A stretch of 64,000 bases of DNA. Origin: Vitrella brassicaformis CCMP3155. Its lineage: Eukaryota; Protista; Chromerida. The notes under the pieces are model-generated. The model made no database searches. It was given only the letters and a program-made list of their open reading frames with translations, and was not told where the DNA came from. Positions 1-11,913 of this stretch are shown here, one piece after another; the first letter of the stretch is position 1, and the number at the start of each line of letters is the position of its first letter. Location: positions 62,001 to 126,000 of the forward strand of contig CDMY01000258.1 of NCBI GenBank assembly GCA_001179505.1, read 5' to 3'. Made by a program: the position numbers and the translations under genes.

Positions 1-63
1 CACCCCACACATCTTCCTTCGGTGAATTCACCCTCTACCCTCCTGCGTCCGCGTGTGTGTCAC

Positions 64-2681
64 CTGTGCTTGTTTGAATATGGACGGCTGCAGCTCCCCC
101 CCCGCGGCCAGCCCAGCCAGATCCAGACGATAAATGGTCGACGGCTCAGTGAAACCAGTCACCTTGTAGAAAATCTCTGACCATACACACACACACACGC
201 ACGCACACACACACACACACGTGTCGGCTGAGTGGAGGTGGCATTGCTTTCTCCTCGTCTCTTTCTCCGCTCCCTCGCCGCACCCACCGGTGTCCTTCCT
301 GCTGGATGAGGTGACCATCATGTTCATGCCGGCATCGACAGTCTTTCGGTGCTTTACCGTCACCTCCCGCCCCTCCCGCTCCTTCTCGGCCTCGACCCAC
401 TCGAATGAGCCTTCACCGTCGTTGACCGTGAACAGCTCGAGCTTGTTACGGACGTCCTGCAGGTACTCACACAGCAGGATGTTGGGCGCCGCGCGGCTGG
501 TGCCCTCGAGCACAGCGCCATTCTCTGCCTCGGGGATGACGTCGTATTGGCGGGCTATACGGCCTTCTGAAAGCGAAAGCAGAGGGGGAAAGGCATACGA
601 TGAGTGTCCGGGGGAGCGGTCATGTCCTTCTCTCATTTCTTGCCTGGTGTTTCTGCGGTGAGGTCTATGTCCATGGCTATGACCTTGTAACGCTGCGCGT
701 CCTTGTTTGTCTGCACATAAAGGTTTTGTACGTTGGTATGGCTGCACTACTGACTCGTGTGCTGCCCTGCCCTGCCCAGCTTGTGTGTGCATACCTGCCA
801 CAGGAATGTCGGGCCGATGTTGCCGATCAAGTCGTATCCAGCATCGAAATTATCTGGATGATATGGACGGCTCAAGCAGGGTGTCACTCAGATGGGTGCG
901 GTGTGTGTGCGCATGTGTGTGTACCGTACCGATGACTGGCTTCCACGACGACTTGACTTTGGTCATGTCCCTACCGATGGCCTCCAGATCACAAATCCAC
1001 ACTTGATTGGTCTGTTGGGTGCAACATGCACACACAGACAGAGTGTGCACGCCTTGTGTGCTGTATCTTCTGGTGCGTGGGGTCACTTTCATCTCTCACC
1101 GGCTCGCATGAACGGGAGATCGACAGCACAAGGTAGCGGCCATCTGCAGGCAGTCCAGAAGACATGCACACAACATCCACAATGAATCTTCACTCCACAA
1201 ATCCACACATCCATCCATCCATCCATCCACTCCTGGACCTTTGGTCTCTGAGGCGCTCGCCATCCACCTGACCCACACACCATCCGAACAGGGATGCATG
1301 CGGCGCATTGAGGCTGACAATGCGTCATTCTGCTCACTCAGGGTCGTCAAATTGAGCCAGGAGGACGTCTTCCGACTGGGGCGTCCCTAGCCGATGGAAA
1401 TACACCTATCACACACAGAATGGAATGCAAGACGGATGCACAGCGTCTCAGTGTCGCGTGTCTGTCTCTGCCGAACCTTTTGGTTCTGGTTCTTGGTCGT
1501 CTCCGTGCCGTCAGTTTTGGCGTACTTGTCGAGGTCGAAGTTGGAGTAGTACAGCCCACTGTCGTCGTGGTTCCAGCTCACGCCACTGTACTTGACCCTC
1601 TTGAGCTGGTCGTCGATCACGTACTGAGCCTCGTCGGCAGTGCTGTTGTCACCACTTGCCTGAAAGCTCTCCATGTCCACCACCTGCACACACCATGCAC
1701 CACACACCGTGAACGAGGGAAGGCCGACAGCATCTCTCTGAGCGATCTGTCCGTCTGTCATCGGCTTGCCTTGAATGCGGTCCAGTCCGAGCCCTTCTCA
1801 GAGATGCCGTAGGCCAGTTTGGAGCCGTCGTCAGTGAAGGTGAGTGATGTGAGGGCGATGGTGCCGTCCTCCGACCATGTGTTGGGGTCGAAGGCGCATC
1901 GGGAGGGTGCGTCCAGGGAGGGCAGGGTGTACAGCACGTATTGTTGCTGACATGACACGCAAACATGAATGACACACAGAGTCAATGGACGGACGGATGG
2001 TTGGAGGTGAGGGAGACCAGTGCGAGTCAAGTGCCATCCATACCTGCAGGCCGCTGTTGTGGTAGTAGTAGTACTTCCCTCCTCTTTTGAAGGGTGTGCC
2101 GAACTTCTCGTAGTCCCAAACCTTACATGCATTGCAAAGACAGACGATCCTCACACGAATGCAATGCGTGACCGACAAGGCAAGGATGCCCTGTCAGTGC
2201 CGTACCTCCCGCAGGCGAGTGAGTATCTTTTCTCTGACAGGCGCGTTCTGAATGAAGGGCGTCGACAGCTCATTCTGCGCAGCAACAAAGGCCTGAGTCT
2301 CCGGGCTGTCGGGGTCCTCCAACCACCTGTAGTAATGGTGTGATTGTCACATGAGGCAGGCGACTTCATGCTTAATCGACTCACCGGTAATAATCAGAGA
2401 TCTACACGAGCACACACATAAGCATGAAGTCGCCCTCTACTGGCTGTCTGAGTGGTTGATTGCTAGTTCACCTTGGTGCCATGGAACTCCTCAACGACCT
2501 CGTCGCGCCTTGCAACGGGGTAATCGTACTTCATCGTCGCACCAGCAGCAGCACTCATGCGACGGGACCTCCAGAGGAAGCCAGTGCGCTTGTGCAGGGG
2601 TGGCAGGAAGGAGGCAGCTTGCGAGCGGAGAGTGACGGCCGCAGTGAGTGAGAAGGGCAGGAGCATCAACCACAGCAGCAT
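64..2681 (-). CDS. PREP: Prolyl oligopeptidase (S9A), 5' part only; multi-exon; continues off the left edge; N-terminal signal + transit-like leader
   Basis: Spliced exons give MKYDYPVARRDEVVEEFHGTK / ISDYYR / WLEDPDSPETQAFVAAQN, then WDYEKFGTPFKRGGKYYYYHNSGLQQQYVLY, FDPNTWSEDGTIAL, KLAYGISEKGSDW, VKYSGVSWNHDDSGLYYS and FYKVTGFTEPSTIYR. These are the POP N-terminus and beta-propeller. The catalytic domain is not in the window. Confidence 0.92.
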
Positions 2682-3176
2682 CCACCACTGCAGCGCACAA
2701 ACACAAACTGTTGCCTGTCAAGGCCAGCTAATGAGTGCATCTTTCCTACATCTCAGTGAAGATTTTCAGTCCTTCAGACGACGGCTGTTCCTTGCCGCTC
2801 CGTCACGCTAAGCTCGCAGCCATAAGCTCGCAGCCGTTACACGCACACTGTAGAAAAGGTCGTGACCGTAAGGGCGGCACAACTCTGATTCTATCGCACA
2901 CAGACACTCCCGGGAGTAACCGAAGGCACCAAGGCGACCCGCACACGGCTGCGGAACTCAAAGAAACGGAAAACAGACGACTGGAGAGGAAGGGGAGAGC
3001 AAGAAGCAACGAGTGAAACATCGCGATTCAAGCAGTGAAGAACGGCCTGAGAGGCACTGCGACACTGGGTACGCACCATGCACAAGCGACAACATTGAGA
3101 ACACCGTTCGTTGCATGAAAGCACTTGTCAATGTTTGCTGTTGCTTGATTGTTGGTTGCTTTGAAACAGGCCGGTC

Positions 3177-6100
3177 ATGGCATCGGGCCATCGTGTCCGC
3201 CTGCTGATCCTGCTGGTGGCATCTCTCTGTCTATGTGCGACGGTGACAGCTCAGTGGTTTGGTGGCCGCAGCAGCCGTGCCGATACTGCCGATTCCGAGC
3301 CTGCTCCAGCCGCCGATGAATCGTCGCGTCGCAAGTGGTGGCACCTGGACAATGAGCCTGTAGAGGACCTCGGCGCGCCTTCCCCAACGCTATTCGGCGG
3401 CTCACGGGCAGCGGGACAGGACGAACCGACTACCACAAGCCAGCCGTGGTTTGCAGGCCTGTTCCCGCCATTCGGCTTCTCCTCTCAGCCGGCCAAAGAT
3501 GCCTCTGGTGCAGAGGAGGGCCTCAAGCCACTCAACTCCAGCAGCTTGGAGGGCTCAAACGGGCGCATCATCTGCCTGTTCAATGACGACATACAGAGCC
3601 ACCAGGAGACCAACCGCGCCACCCTGCTGAGCGACCTCCGGTCAGCGTGGCGTGACCGCACCGCTGAGTGCCGCGAGCCGTTCGGAAGCCGATTCCTGAG
3701 CTCACTGGGCATCGAGATCTTCACGGTCCAAGAGGAAGCCCAGTACGGCTGCCTGAAGGACCTGCTCACGCCCTATCAGGACATGGTCACGTGCACGCCA
3801 TCCTTCCTTTTGACCCGCATCTTCCAAGCACAGCCGACCGGATTCCTCGGCGGCATCCTCAGCAACAACGCTCCCAGCGGCGACCAGCAGACAGTGACCA
3901 CCAAGAAGGCCGACGGGCCGATGTTCGCCGGTGCGAATCGCGGCAACAAGACCACCCAGCGTGAAGACTTCGAGTGGTTCAGGAACGCCAATGACGTCAT
4001 CTTCGGCGGCGCGAGTCAGCTTCAGAACGTCCTCAAGGCATATCAGCAGTCGGACTTCGCCAAGAAGGAGGAAGAACAGAAAAAGGCCGCCGCTGAGGCC
4101 GAAGCAGCCAAGGCCAACAAGAACACGGGCAGCGGAGCAGTGTCCACACAAGCTGTGGGAGCGGGTGCCATCCCCTTCGACCAAGGCGCGCTGGGAGATA
4201 TCGCCAACGCTCTGCCGCAGCAGGCCATCCAGGAGCTGAGCCCGCGGGCCAAGGAGCAGCTGCAGGTCGTCAGTTCCTTCATCGGCACGGGAATGGACTA
4301 CTTCATCAAGGCCATGCAGGGCATGGCGCCCACACCGCTGGAGGGGCTGGCGGGCGCGGGAGGGCCTGGCATTGGCGATGTGCAGCAGGCCGTCGCCCTT
4401 TCGGCCGAGCAGGAGTCAGAGGTGCAGCAGCCCCACGGCCGCCCATCCGACAACCAGGCAGGCGGGCTCTTCGCCCGCAACAGCCGCGAGATCCCCCACA
4501 ACGGCATCGATGACGATGGCAACGGCTTCGTTGACGATTTCATCGGTCACGACTTCACCAAGCCCCCTCAGCAAGGCGGCAGCGGCTTCAGTGCCGCAAC
4601 AAAGGACGGCAGCCACGACACGGCAGCAGGAGTGCTCTTCGCCGGCAACTGCCAGCGCAAGATCGACTTCACCAACCTGGGCTCGCTGGCACAGGGCGAT
4701 GGGTGCAACGCCAGACGCCTCGGCCGGGCGCCACGGGCCATGCCCCTGAAGGTGTGGAGTGAGGAAAGGGGCGGAGCCGATCTGGCTGACGTGCTGACGG
4801 CCATAGACTACTCGGTTCAGCGCAATGCGTCCATGGCCTACCTCCCTCTTGGGTTCGGCGACTTCCCCTCACTGCAGCAGGCCAAGGAGGGCCCCCGCAT
4901 CCTCAGGACGGCCATCCACAGGGCCTCGCGTCACGGCCACGTGTTCGTCATCCCATGCGGCAACGAGGGCATCCAGCCGCAGCTCCAGTCGACGCTCAAC
5001 CTCAAGGAATACGTCGAGACCAACCTGTGTGACGTGCCGGGTGCGGCCGTCCTCTGTGTGTGCTCCATTGATTCCGCAACCGGGCAGCCGACTGATTACA
5101 CCAACATACCGCTCCTCACCCGCAATGTGCTGTGGGCCCCCGGCAGCCTTCTTAGTGTCGACTCATCGGGCAACCAGACGACCTTGACGGGCACCAGCCT
5201 CGCAGCCGCCTCCGTGCTGGGCACAGCAGCCATGGCACACGCAGCCCTTGGAGACGTGGCGACACCGGATCTCCTCTTTGCGTCCCTTCTGAGCAGCGAG
5301 CGCGAGGTCTTCGCGCCAGGCCGGCCTCTCAGCAGCGACGTCGCGCAGGAGTTGTCGCAGATACAGCACAGCAAGGCAGCGGCGAGAGACGCGACACGGC
5401 GCCGTATGCAGGCCGCCGCCCCTGCCGTGTCCTTTGTCGACATCGCCAGAGGAGCTGCCAACCTGGCGTCGGTCGCGGGCCCTGCAATTGCCAATGCTCT
5501 TGGAACCGTTCAGGGGCAACAAGCACCGCCACCGGCAGCCCCAGCTGCTGCTGGGGCTGCTGCTCCTCCTGCTGTTCCTGCTCTTGCTGGTGCGGCGGGG
5601 AATGGGCGCTTGGTGCAGAACCTGGGAAGGCTGGTCGATCCTACTGCATCATTGCTCAGCGGCATCGCTGCGAGGAACGGAATCGCCCCCCAAGGTTAGC
5701 AGCGAGCCACGCAATCGACTCATTCATTCTCTGCTCACTCTCCGGCTTTCTTTTGTATGTATGTGTGGCGCCTTTCTCTGTGTCAGGTGCTGCGAGTTGC
5801 CTGACGAAAGACACTATGCTGGTCGGCGGCACAGTGCTCGGCACACCCAAGGAGTACCAAGCCGCCAACCAGTGCCAGGCCGTGTGTCAGCAGACGGCCA
5901 CCCCCCAGCAGTGCACGGCATTCTCTTTCAAGGCCCCCAACGAGTGCACCCTCTTCAACAGCCCCACGGCCCAGAGCTCCACCCCCGGCACCGTGTCAGG
6001 CCCGGCATTCTGTCCGCAGCCACAAGCAGGGGCGCAGAGCGAGCAGGTGGCAGCGTTGGGAGCTTTGGCCCCCGGCCTTGCCTCTGCCGGGAGTCTCCTC

Positions 6101-8517
6101 CTTCCGGGCGCGGCGGCGCCCCTCAACTTGGCTGGGCTGGGTGCTGGTCTGGCGAGCAGTGGTACTCTAGTCGGCAATGTGGCGGCTAATCTGCCTGGTA
6201 TTGTGTCGACAAGCGCAAAGGCGCTGTCCACCGGTTTGGGGGCGGCGAGCGAGGTGGCCAAGTACGTGGACTTGGCCAAGGCGGCCGAGCTGGTGACACT
6301 GGCGAGGGACAACGGTGTGTTCAAGCGGCTGCCGGTGTCCAACCCCATCCCAGACCTCAAGATGCAGAGCCTCCCGCCACAAGGATGTAAGTATGGTGGC
6401 AGGGGGAGGGATAACAATTCAGTGGGTGGTGTGGTGTGAGTGTGAGTGTGGGTGGGTCATGTCATGTGTGGATGTCCGTGTGCAGCTGGTAAGCCCAAGA
6501 TCGACTGTTTCAAGCAAGGCATGAAGTGCTGCATCCCACTGGCCGCCCTCAACGGACGATACGAAGGCAGATTCGCGTGAGCAGCAAAAAACAGAAAGAA
6601 GGAGACGCACTCCCACCGCCGGCGATGCCCGACCACTTTGTCTCTTTCTGTTTGCAGGCCTGCCTTCTTGAGCGGCACTGAGCAGTGTTCGGCGACCCTC
6701 TCGAGCGACATTTTCAGCAACCCCAATGACTTCGGTGGTGACGTGTGCGCCACGGCCGTCTTCAAGGGCGAGGGCAACTGCGGCATGCGCGTCTACGACG
6801 CCGGCCCCACCAAGCTCTACGAGAACGAGCTGCGCCACCGTGGGGCCAACAACAATGTCATCTGCCGCTGCTGGCTGACCAAGAAGGAGGACGGGGACAT
6901 GTCGGTCAAGGGCGAGGCCACATGGGAGGTCACTGTCCAGGCCGCCAACGGCAGGACGGGAGAGGGAGCCGAACTCGGCGCCCTCGGACAGGCTGGAGGA
7001 CTGGTGGAATTTTTGGGATCTGAGGAGGGCCAGGCGGCCCTCTCGGGCGCCGGACAGCTGCTCAATCAGGTCTCCGGCACTCCCGCTCCCCCGGGAGCCA
7101 GGCCGGTGGCTGACATGCCTGTGGTTGGGAGGCTCGACGGGGCGATCGATGCCGTCAACGCCTACGATTTCCAGTCGGGCAGCTTCGCCGACACACTGAG
7201 GGCCCAGTCGGTGGATGAGGTGGACACACCCGGCGGCAAGGTGGCCGTCACACTGCTCACTGGTACGAGGGAGGGTGTCGAGGACGTCAAGGACTACGTG
7301 GACAGCCAAGCGCCGGAGAAAGGTTCAGGCAGGCGCTTGCTCCAGCAAGTGGACGCACCTGACGCCAGCATCAGCCCCAAGTGCAGTGCGTGGCTGTGGG
7401 CTAACCACGTGTATGCGAGGCGGTCACACTGCGAAGAGGCGCCGCTCGAGTACCAGGCCGTGAATGAGCAGTGTGCACCTGTCGAGCTGGTCAAGGACGG
7501 CTGCCCAGCCACAGATGCAGTCAACTTGAGGATGGTATGCCCACTGACCACATGCACTGCACTGCACTGGACGAGGAGGATCTGCATCCATCCCATTCAC
7601 TCTCTTGTTCGTTCGTGTGGCTGGGTGTGTGTATGTTTTGTCAGTGCGCATTGTCGTGCGGGCTGATGTGCTTCAAGATGGACAAGCTCCGGTGGTGGGA
7701 CGCCGCCCCCTACCGCCTGCACACGGAGTTCATCACCTACCCCTCCGTGCCGGCCCTGCGAGCCAACCTCGAGACCAGGTGCCCGGACTTCCTCGACGCA
7801 CTCCTGCAGAGCAACGACACAGGCATCCTGCCCATGGCATCACTGAGCCCACAGAGACGGCAGCTTCAGCGACGGCAACCACGGTGGCGAGACGCACGAG
7901 AGAAGAAGGACGAGGGAGACACCAGCAGCCCCACCGGCCCACCGTCTCTCGAGGACTTGGTCAACGACGGCCCTCTGGACCTGCTGCCAGCTGGAGACAT
8001 CCCTTCATCGGCAGCGGCAGATGGCACGTCTTTCGTCGAGCTGGTCTCCGACCTCGGCAACTCGGTCGTAGCGCTCGTCGCTGAGGAGGACCTGCCCCTG
8101 CTGAAGCCATCGCCATCGGAGGACCCCATGGCAAGTCTCGCCAACACATTCGGGGCCTTCCTCGGCGCGTCCCCCAACGCGACCAACGCGACGGATCGGT
8201 GGGCGGGGCTCTTCCCCGAGGGCGCGCGGGAGGAGCTGGGCATCGTGACGTTCAACCAGATGACGGGCGTCATCATGTCGGCCATCGTGGACGAGGGCAA
8301 GAACGTGGTGGGGCCGGTGTTGCCCAAGAAGGGGTGGGAGCTGGCCGAGGTGCTGGCGAGGCCCGAGCTGATTCGGTGGCGCTATGACGTGCCGCTGTAC
8401 ACATTCAGCAAGGTGATGGAGTTCATCCCCAGCCCCAACGATGACGGCGTGGCGCTCGACCTCATCCAGAGGGAACAGCTGGGGCTCACCCTGCCGCAGC
8501 TCGACACACGCAGCTAG
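3177..8517 (+). CDS. Secreted subtilisin-like (S8) protein fused to PAN/Apple and Cys-rich domains; 5 exons (3177-5694, 5787-6386, 6486-6576, 6658-7534, 7645-8517), ~1652 aa
   Basis: Signal peptide MASGHRVRLLILLVASLCLCATVTA. S8 motifs EIPHNGIDDDGNGFVDDFIGHDF, SHDT, PLKV, CGN and GTSLAA. All four GT-AG introns join in compatible phase (1,1,2,0), and the exon sum of 4959 nt is divisible by 3. Exon 2 has a 6-Cys Apple pattern. S8 identity is firm; the join across exons is inferred from phase. Confidence 0.8.
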
Positions 8518-8673
8518 CTAGCTAGCTCGGGTGGTGGTGGTGGGGAGGGGGAGGTGCCTAATTCGTGAATCGATGTGGTGCAAGGCAAGAGTCATGGTAG
8601 CCATTTATGCGTACGTCTTGTCGATAAGTAGAGGGGGCGCATTGATGTGCCAGTGGGGGGGGGGGGGGGGAAC

Positions 8674-8973
8674 NNNNNNNNNNNNNNNNNNNNNNNNNNN
8701 NNNNNNNNNNNNNNNNNNNNNNNNNNNNNNNNNNNNNNNNNNNNNNNNNNNNNNNNNNNNNNNNNNNNNNNNNNNNNNNNNNNNNNNNNNNNNNNNNNNN
8801 NNNNNNNNNNNNNNNNNNNNNNNNNNNNNNNNNNNNNNNNNNNNNNNNNNNNNNNNNNNNNNNNNNNNNNNNNNNNNNNNNNNNNNNNNNNNNNNNNNNN
8901 NNNNNNNNNNNNNNNNNNNNNNNNNNNNNNNNNNNNNNNNNNNNNNNNNNNNNNNNNNNNNNNNNNNNNNNNN
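8674..8973. other. Assembly gap (300 N) flanked on both sides by poly-G + AAC
   Basis: Seen directly. Both flanks read (G)n-AAC, which suggests a break at one homopolymer. Confidence 0.99.
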
Positions 8974-9441
8974 GGGGGGGGGGGGGGGGGGAACCGATGC
9001 ACACGGGCATGCAGGTGAGGTGAGGTGAGGTTGTATTTGTTGATTGATTCTGTGGCGGGATGAGATGAGACGCAAGAGGTGCCTGTCGGTCGGCCTGTTT
9101 TCTTTCTTCTAGCCTGTTTGTCAAGGACGTGGATGGATGGATGGATGGATGAGTGCGTGTGGTGAGGCATTTGGCTTTTCTTTCTTTGCTCACAGACAGA
9201 CAGACTCGCCTGCTAGTCCGTTAGTGGTTTGGACACGTACGTACGTATTATGTGTTATGTGTTATGTATGTGTGTGTGGTGTATGTGTGCATAGGTGCGT
9301 ACTAGTGGTGTGTGTACGTGGTTTCATCAATCAACACATGGTCATTTTCACCCACAGTCAGCAGCCACAGTTGGTCTCACAGACTCACTCCTCATACACG
9401 GCTCGACTCTCCCCATCTCCCTCCCTCCCGTACTCGAGTAG

Positions 9442-10410
9442 TCACCCCTGCAGCAGATTGCTAAGCATGCCCATCAGGCCGCCCGACGCATTGGCGTCCT
9501 TGACGCCAAACACGTCCCCCTTGATGACCTCCAGGTACCTCGCGAATGAGGGGTCTCGCCTGAGCACCAGCTGGTACTTGGTCTGCACCATCAGGAAGAA
9601 ATCCCAGTCGTTGAGCCGGCACGCCTCGGCAAGCAGATAGGCAGCCTGGAGGGCCGGCGGGAGGCCGGGGTCATCCAGGTCAGACCCGATAAGTGATTCG
9701 ACGAATGTAACTGCGGTGGGAATGTCGTTCATGGAGAGGACCATGAGGGTGGTGCGGAGGGGGAAGAGCGGCGCCTCGCTGGGGTAGGCCTCGGGCTGCC
9801 ACTCACGCACCATCGCCGCCAGGTCACAGCCGTCCTTGCCAAACACCAAATGAAGCTGCACGTACCGTACGTACGCGACACACAGCACAATCGACTGATT
9901 CTTGACCAGTCTCTCTCTGTGTCGGTGTGTGTTCGTGTTGCCGCCTACCTGAGCACTCCCGAAGTCCTTCTCTGCCCAGTATGCCTTGCCGGCTGCCGTG
10001 TGTAGCATCGGGTGGCCATTCGGGTAGGGGCTCTCCGCCCCCTCCTGCCCCTCGAGTGGTGTTGTCGACGTCCACTTGATGGCCTTGTTGATGAAGCGGT
10101 ACTTCTCCTTGGTCGAGTGGGGCGGGCAGGCCTGGAACAGGGCCACGATCGTCTCTAATCGCTCGGCGGTGACGCAGGGCAGCCTGTCGGCCTCCTCTTT
10201 CCAGAGGTCGATGAGTGTGATGGCCAGATCTGCGGTCAGGCCGTACTGCTCCTTGGCGGCAAACTTGAGGGCGAAGTCGGCGCACAGCGAGGCCGCCTCG
10301 TCCCTCTTACCGCGGGCTGTGAGGCGGGAGATGTAGCTGGTGAGCACCTGGTGCGCGTCGTAGAACTGGCCGCGATTGATGCGCTTGTCAATGTTGGCTG
10401 CGGTTGTCAT
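9442..10410 (-). CDS. GET4: GET4 (Golgi-to-ER traffic protein 4 / TRC35) homologue, 2 exons, intron 9856-9948
   Basis: KRINRGQFYDAHQVLTSYISRL, ADLAITLIDLW, NGHPMLHTAAGKAYWAEKDFGSAQLHLVFG, SEAPLFPLRTTLMVL, FFLMVQTKYQLVLRRDPSFARYLEVIKGDVFG and GGLMGMLSNLL match the GET4 family pattern. Confidence 0.88.
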   Translation of the reverse strand: MTTAANIDKRINRGQFYDAHQVLTSYISRLTARGKRDEAASLCADFALKFAAKEQYGLTADLAITLIDLWKEEADRLPCVTAERLETIVALFQACPPHSTKEKYRFINKAIKWTSTTPLEGQEGAESPYPNGHPMLHTAAGKAYWAEKDFGSAQVGGNTNTHRHRERLVKNQSIVLCVAYVRYVQLHLVFGKDGCDLAAMVREWQPEAYPSEAPLFPLRTTLMVLSMNDIPTAVTFVESLIGSDLDDPGLPPALQAAYLLAEACRLNDWDFFLMVQTKYQLVLRRDPSFARYLEVIKGDVFGVKDANASGGLMGMLSNLLQG

Positions 10411-10961
10411 GCTGCTTCGCTGGCTGATTGGATTGGATTGGTGGCTATCTTGATGCATTCATTCGAAGTGCTCCTGACGCATTTTTCGCTTGTCGCTCTA
10501 ACCCGTTTTGACCTTGGAGCCTTTGCGATCGCACCTGTCCACCTTTCTTTCCCAAAATACACGCCATCACTTTCGTCTTTACAGTAGCAACACGCACAAC
10601 AGTCTACACAAGGTAAGCAGCCACAAATCCCATCCCTATATTATGTACACAGCAGCCCATAGTTCCCCTTTCTCTCGCGATGATGAAAATGGAAGCGCAT
10701 CAGCGTCACGCAAACAGCAAAACATTCGCAGGGCGCTGTGAAGCTCTGCCTTTTCGTTGTCCGCGGTCAGCTGAGGCACATCCATCTTTTTCATCACACA
10801 AGGAACCGAGGAACGGACAAGGCAGACGGACAGACGGTGGAAGGCACAAGACAGAGATAAGATCAAGGAAGCAGCCAATTGCACCCAAGGCCAACTGCAC
10901 CCAGGGCCAGCCAGGAAAGCCAGCAGGCAGGCAGAGCGACGTCCTGCCCTGGCTGAGTGAG

Positions 10962-11913
10962 TCACTCGCCCATGAACTTGTAGAAGAATTGCATGTTCCT
11001 GTGGCCCCACTCGAGCCTGAAGCACCCGTTGCCATCGAAGGAGAACCCGATGCACCGCTTCGTGATGACGCCGTCGAAGTCGCTGGGGAACCGCCCCAAC
11101 AGATCCCTGTACTGATCGCGAGTCACCACCACACCACCTGCACAGCACACAATCAAGCGTCACACGTGTACGGAAAGAAACCGTCTTCGTTTGCCTCTGC
11201 CTCTGCCTCATTCGCCCGCTTCGCTTCACCTGTCCGATTGGCGAGAATGAGCAGCGCAATATCGTCATAGCTATGCAGCGGCCCCGGCGGCATGGGCATT
11301 TGCATCCCCTCGTGGCCGCCACCGTCCGACCCCTCGAAAGCACCGGTGTGCCACACCTTCTTCTTGGCGTATGGCACCAGGATGCGCTTGTCGATGGCGT
11401 CCAGCTTCTCCTTGTACTCGTAATTGGCTACCGGCACCCCCGGTGCGCCGCTGGCAGTGGTGGCGATGGGGCGGCGGAGGTACTTGTCCTCAACCAACGC
11501 GCGGACACTGTGCTTGTCATACCCTCTGCACACACACACACACAGACACACAGACAGAAACGAGCGGGTGTGTGCCTTTGTTGGCCTTTGTTGTGTGTGT
11601 GTGTGTGTGTGTGGTGGGTGATGACGTGACCGCACCGCTTCAGGAACCAGCTGACGGCCCTGTAGAGGAGTTTGTAGTCGAATGGCGGCATGTCCTTGTG
11701 CTTGTGCGAGAAGCGGGCGACGTTCGATGCGTCGAGCAGGACGGGCCGCCGGTGGCCCATCTCGAAGTTGGGCTGCGGGAAGGGATGATACGATGCCGCC
11801 GAGTCGGCATCGTAGCGCTCGAAGCTCAAGGTCTTCTCGAAACGGATATCATCATTGACGGGATCATCGTTGGTCTGCGCTACGCTCCTTTCTGCTGCGG
11901 AATGTGTATCCAT
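10962..11913 (-). CDS. NYN/PIN-fold ribonuclease of the Zc3h12a (Regnase-1/MCPIP)/N4BP1 type; exons 11913-11636, 11525-11230, 11137-10962
   Basis: RPVLLDASNVA...LYRAVSWFLKRGY...SYDDIALLILANRTGGVVVTRDQYRDL...KRCIGFSF mirrors the Regnase motifs RPIVIDGSNVA / YDD / GIIVSNDNYRDL. Splice phases are compatible (2, then 1). The 3' end is uncertain. Confidence 0.82.

Noticed and set aside
3177-5699. 840-aa ORF as a complete stand-alone subtilisin gene
   Set aside because: The stop lies within a plausible GT donor, and the downstream exons lack their own signal peptide or start yet join in phase. A longer gene is preferred, pending RNA evidence.
6419-7309. Long antisense or alternate-frame ORFs (also 9824-10285, 27863-28729 overlaps, 51295-52428, 52947-53579)
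   Set aside because: These are shadows of GC-rich coding exons in another strand or frame, with no independent motifs. The exception is 27863-28729, which is treated as part of the CRT10-like gene.
8531-9193. ORFs spanning the first N gap (and 42288-43281 over the second)
   Set aside because: Their length is an artefact of translating Ns.
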